Origin: Ascidiella aspersa
Taxonomy: Eukaryota
DNA: 64,000 bases
Reading direction: 5' to 3'
NCBI GenBank assembly: GCA_963924565.1
Contig: OZ004612.1
Span: 29,078,001 to 29,142,000 of the forward strand
Each line of letters opens with the position of its first letter. The first letter of the stretch is position 1. A model generated the notes under the pieces. The model was not told where the DNA came from and searched no databases. It saw only the letters and a program-made list of their open reading frames with translations. Positions 60,631-64,000 of this stretch are shown here, piece by piece. Both the position numbers and the translations under genes were made by a program.

Positions 60631-62575
60631 AAGTTGCGACTAAAAACACACGCAGGCCACCGCAGCGAAAAGCTCTGCGTTTTTTCCCATTGCAAACCCA
60701 AAACGGCTGCACCTTTCGCGACAAAACTCGCTGTGTGGGAATTCGTGGATTCAGCAGAAAGTGGCCAGGCGTTTAAAGGAGCTGGAATTAGAAAGGGACT
60801 CGATGCATTCGGTCGCTATACCTGCACCATTTGACTGACGTCATTTCGCTGCTTTTTCGTTTTGTTATGACGTGACTGAGGGCGTTTTTTTTTTGATGAA
60901 GGAACAGCGTTTTCTGATCTTTGGTTCGCTGTATTTTAATATTTCGACCTTTGTAAAACAAAAATGACTAATTAGCTTACGGATAATGCACGACCTTGAA
61001 GAATTGTGGTAAACTGCTGGCAAATGTTTAGTAAAGAGCACGAAAAAAGTGTGTTAATTAGCAATTATCCTTTTACTCAACAAGACAAAAAGAGAACACA
61101 TTGACGGCAAATATTAAGTGAAAATCGACAGTTCACACTATAAAAATTTCGCCTTTTTCTTTCTGTGTGTATTTTCCCGAACTGTTTAGCTCTTTTAAAT
61201 TTAAATCAAGTATTTTGTGAGAAACTGCCCTTTGTCGTACATCAATTTAAAAAAGATTTAAAATACCTCTTGTTTAAGGGCCAGTTCAACTGAACCCTAT
61301 GTCGCAGGCAAAGCGGTCAAGGTTTTTGGTAATGTAGATACGATTCGATTCCGAACAAATTATATGGCATTTCAAACGTAAGTGGACAAGTTGACAAAGA
61401 AACCACTAGAAAAAGGCTTTAGTAGTAACCTAAAAAAACTATGTTTTTTTTTCATTAACTTTTTAAGACCTTCCAATGTCGTTAGGTATAGCGATGTAGG
61501 CCTACATTTTAAACCAGCGAAAATCCCAGTGCATATAGACTTTTTTAAATGCCGACATATACAACTACAAGAAGTAACTACTAATGCAAAACTGCTATTA
61601 TTTGTCTACTCTAATAGCAGATTGGCGTTTATAACCTATCTAGGTGTAACCGATGCTGGCTTTAAACCGTTGAAATGGCCTACTGTCGTGTTGCATAAAA
61701 CAAAGGCAATTTGAATATATATTGACTGCTTTTCGTGTGTAGGCTTTTGCATTTAAACCAAAAAGAGTCCCGTAAGTTTGTGTATCTTTGAAGCACAACC
61801 ACCCTGACTGCAGTTAATTTTTAGAAACCAGTGACCAACGCGAGATTTCTAATCAGAACCTGTCCTTATTTGACTTTTTTTGCGTTTCTGAAATTCTTTG
61901 GTGCCGAAAAAACGCACAAAACTTCGAAGCGGCAGATTTCGGAACTTTTCCATTATTTTCTGCTGACGCATTTTTTTCGGGCCGACGGACGTCTCGCACG
62001 ACTGTTGCGTCACAAAGCCGAGGAATGCTGACGCGGCAAGTCTTGCCTGGGTCAGTGAAGCTTGAGGGGAAATTTTTAAAGGGACCAATTTAAGTGCTTG
62101 TCTGTTCGATTCGAACCTCTGCTTTCAGTGGCTTACAAGCTGTTTAAATAAGCGCGGTATGGCTGGCTACACCAAAGGTCTTACACCTAAAACAATCCTT
62201 GTCTGATTCACAATCCCACGTGTGATAGAGGAATTAGGTTGCACTGTATAAAGACAATATGTATCGAGTTATCGACAAGCACAACGGTGCTACATTAGGT
62301 CAAAGTATAAATGATGACTATTAAAATTCACGAAGTAAAAAGCGATAAGAATGGTGACGCATAACAGATCCACAGGCACATGCTCGCAAAGACGTATGCA
62401 AGTGGCAAAAAGTTTTATGAAAATGTTTTATAAAGTCTTTGAAAAAATGTTTTAAACAAATATTTTGTCGTTATTTGGTCGACTCAGGCCTTATCCGACA
62501 TGTTTGGTCTTATTATGACCATTTTCGATCTTGTTCTGCTAGGTATACGTCTGCCTATTTGGCTTCATACTATAG

Positions 62576-62878
62576 CAGTGGCGCCCTGGTGTGCCATTTT
62601 TAAGCCGCGGCGCCCTGGTGTGCCATTTTTAATGCTCAAGGGTGCCTCGAGATATTTTGGAATCTTTAGGAATTTTAATTTTGCTATTCATACGAAGCCT
62701 CTTATTCTATGTGTATAATTATAATGTAATAAATCAGAATATAATTCCTACATTGCTCAGAGTTTATTTGTATTGTTCCAGTTTCGTTTAATTATAGTAA
62801 ACCACTAGACATTAAAGTGAGTTACTCTACAAAATTACTTTAGGGGTGCCACAACCCATAAAAGGTTGCGAACCACTG
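62576..62878. mobile_element. Non-autonomous hAT element (MITE)
   Basis: Ends cagtggcgc / gcgaaccactg; perfect TSD tactatag (62568-62575, 62879-62886); internal duplication of ggcgccctggtgtgccattttta. Confidence 0.8.
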
Positions 62879-64000
62879 TACTATAGTATTATAGATTATT
62901 CTGCTTTAGGTAATGTTGATTTCGAGGCCTTACTGTGTGTTCCTATATAGCTAATGACTAGCCAATATCAATCCGTGTATAACCTACATTGCGAATAGCA
63001 AACAAATGCTATCGCACTGCAACTATTATTCTGATAACAAAACATTTAGGAGCTTAACTGGTAACCTGGCGCCTATATAGAATATATATATTTTAACAAG
63101 GGAGCTTGGCCACCACTAACTGCCAATGTATTTCAAATTGCATACTGTCAGGTCGCTTATAGATTTATTGTAGTCTACTATCGAAAAAGTTGGCATAGCT
63201 TAGCTTTCATTAAAATAACTTACAGCGCAGTTAAAACACTTCTTGCCGGTAAGGCATGTATTTCGTTGTTTCCTGTATAGTAGAATTTATATAAAACTAA
63301 CGTCCAAGAAAAGCGAAGTGGTCAGTTAACGACCTCGGTAGGCTGGATGCAAACGGGAAAAAGAAATAGCCAGAACGATTTTAAGCAGACTTTTGGAGTA
63401 CACACGCGAAGCAAATATGAAAAAATTACCAATAGAGATACCTCTTTACAAACACATTAAGCAAATGGGTGGTTATTATTGTGTTTTTTCAGCATAAGCG
63501 GAATTAAATAACAAAGAAAATCAAAAAATCGACGAAAGAACTGAAAAGAAAGACAGCGTAAAATGCAACAGGTCCTGCTGTTTACCGTATGACAGTTGTT
63601 TGAACAGCATTTATAAAACGCTGCATTACTCATCCGTTTAATGACCGGACAGCAGAAAAAAGTATTTTTAACTTTTATCCCCCGACCCCCTAAGAGTACG
63701 CAGCTATAGAAAAATGTAAAAAAAAATGTATTACAAAAACAGTTCAAATTGAACATATAAGGAAGTTTTCTAATAAAATAACAGCCATAACTGCGATTTT
63801 TTGTACGAATAAGCCCCCATCAATAGATTATTTTAAGCTCATCAGAAAAACATAATTATCATCATAAATCATTAAATGTCTCTTCTGCTCTTTACTTCTT
63901 GTTTAAAAGTCGTCAACGTATATATGTGTAACTATCCAGTAAATGATTTATTATTTGTATATACCTTTTGTGTTTAGAAACGGTTGCGACAATACTGCGA

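Overview
AT-rich (roughly one-third GC) animal genomic DNA with many short GT-AG introns; the compact gene structure suggests an invertebrate, possibly a tunicate (inference only). Splicing by hand gives four minus-strand genes in head-to-tail order. (1) A complete 12-exon SLC6 Na+/Cl- transporter of the GABA/taurine/creatine branch (48770-58184, ~591 aa). (2-4) A tandem cluster of three paralogous single-pass receptors. All three share an unusual ectodomain: a C-type-lectin-like domain (CTLD) split between helix alpha2 and the WIG-like strand by a ~130-aa three-exon insert (exons A, B, C), followed by two FN3-like domains. Receptor 1 (32590-47175, 31 exons, ~1248 aa) has two inserts and tandem PTP domains that both lack the catalytic Arg, so it is a predicted receptor pseudophosphatase. 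Receptor 2 (10890-30170, 24 exons, ~977 aa) has two CTLD-insert-FN3x2 supermodules and only a short tail with one tyrosine motif (ENEPVYEVI). Receptor 3 starts at 9026, mirrors receptor 2 and runs off the left edge. The paralogs show a gene-conversion-like patch and mosaic module relationships, as in paired immune/recognition receptor families. Introns carry hAT MITEs with NNNTANNN target duplications, foldback elements, a tRNA-containing repeat that appears TIR-bounded, and repeated micro-duplications of splice junctions. All gene models are manual and need RNA-seq confirmation.
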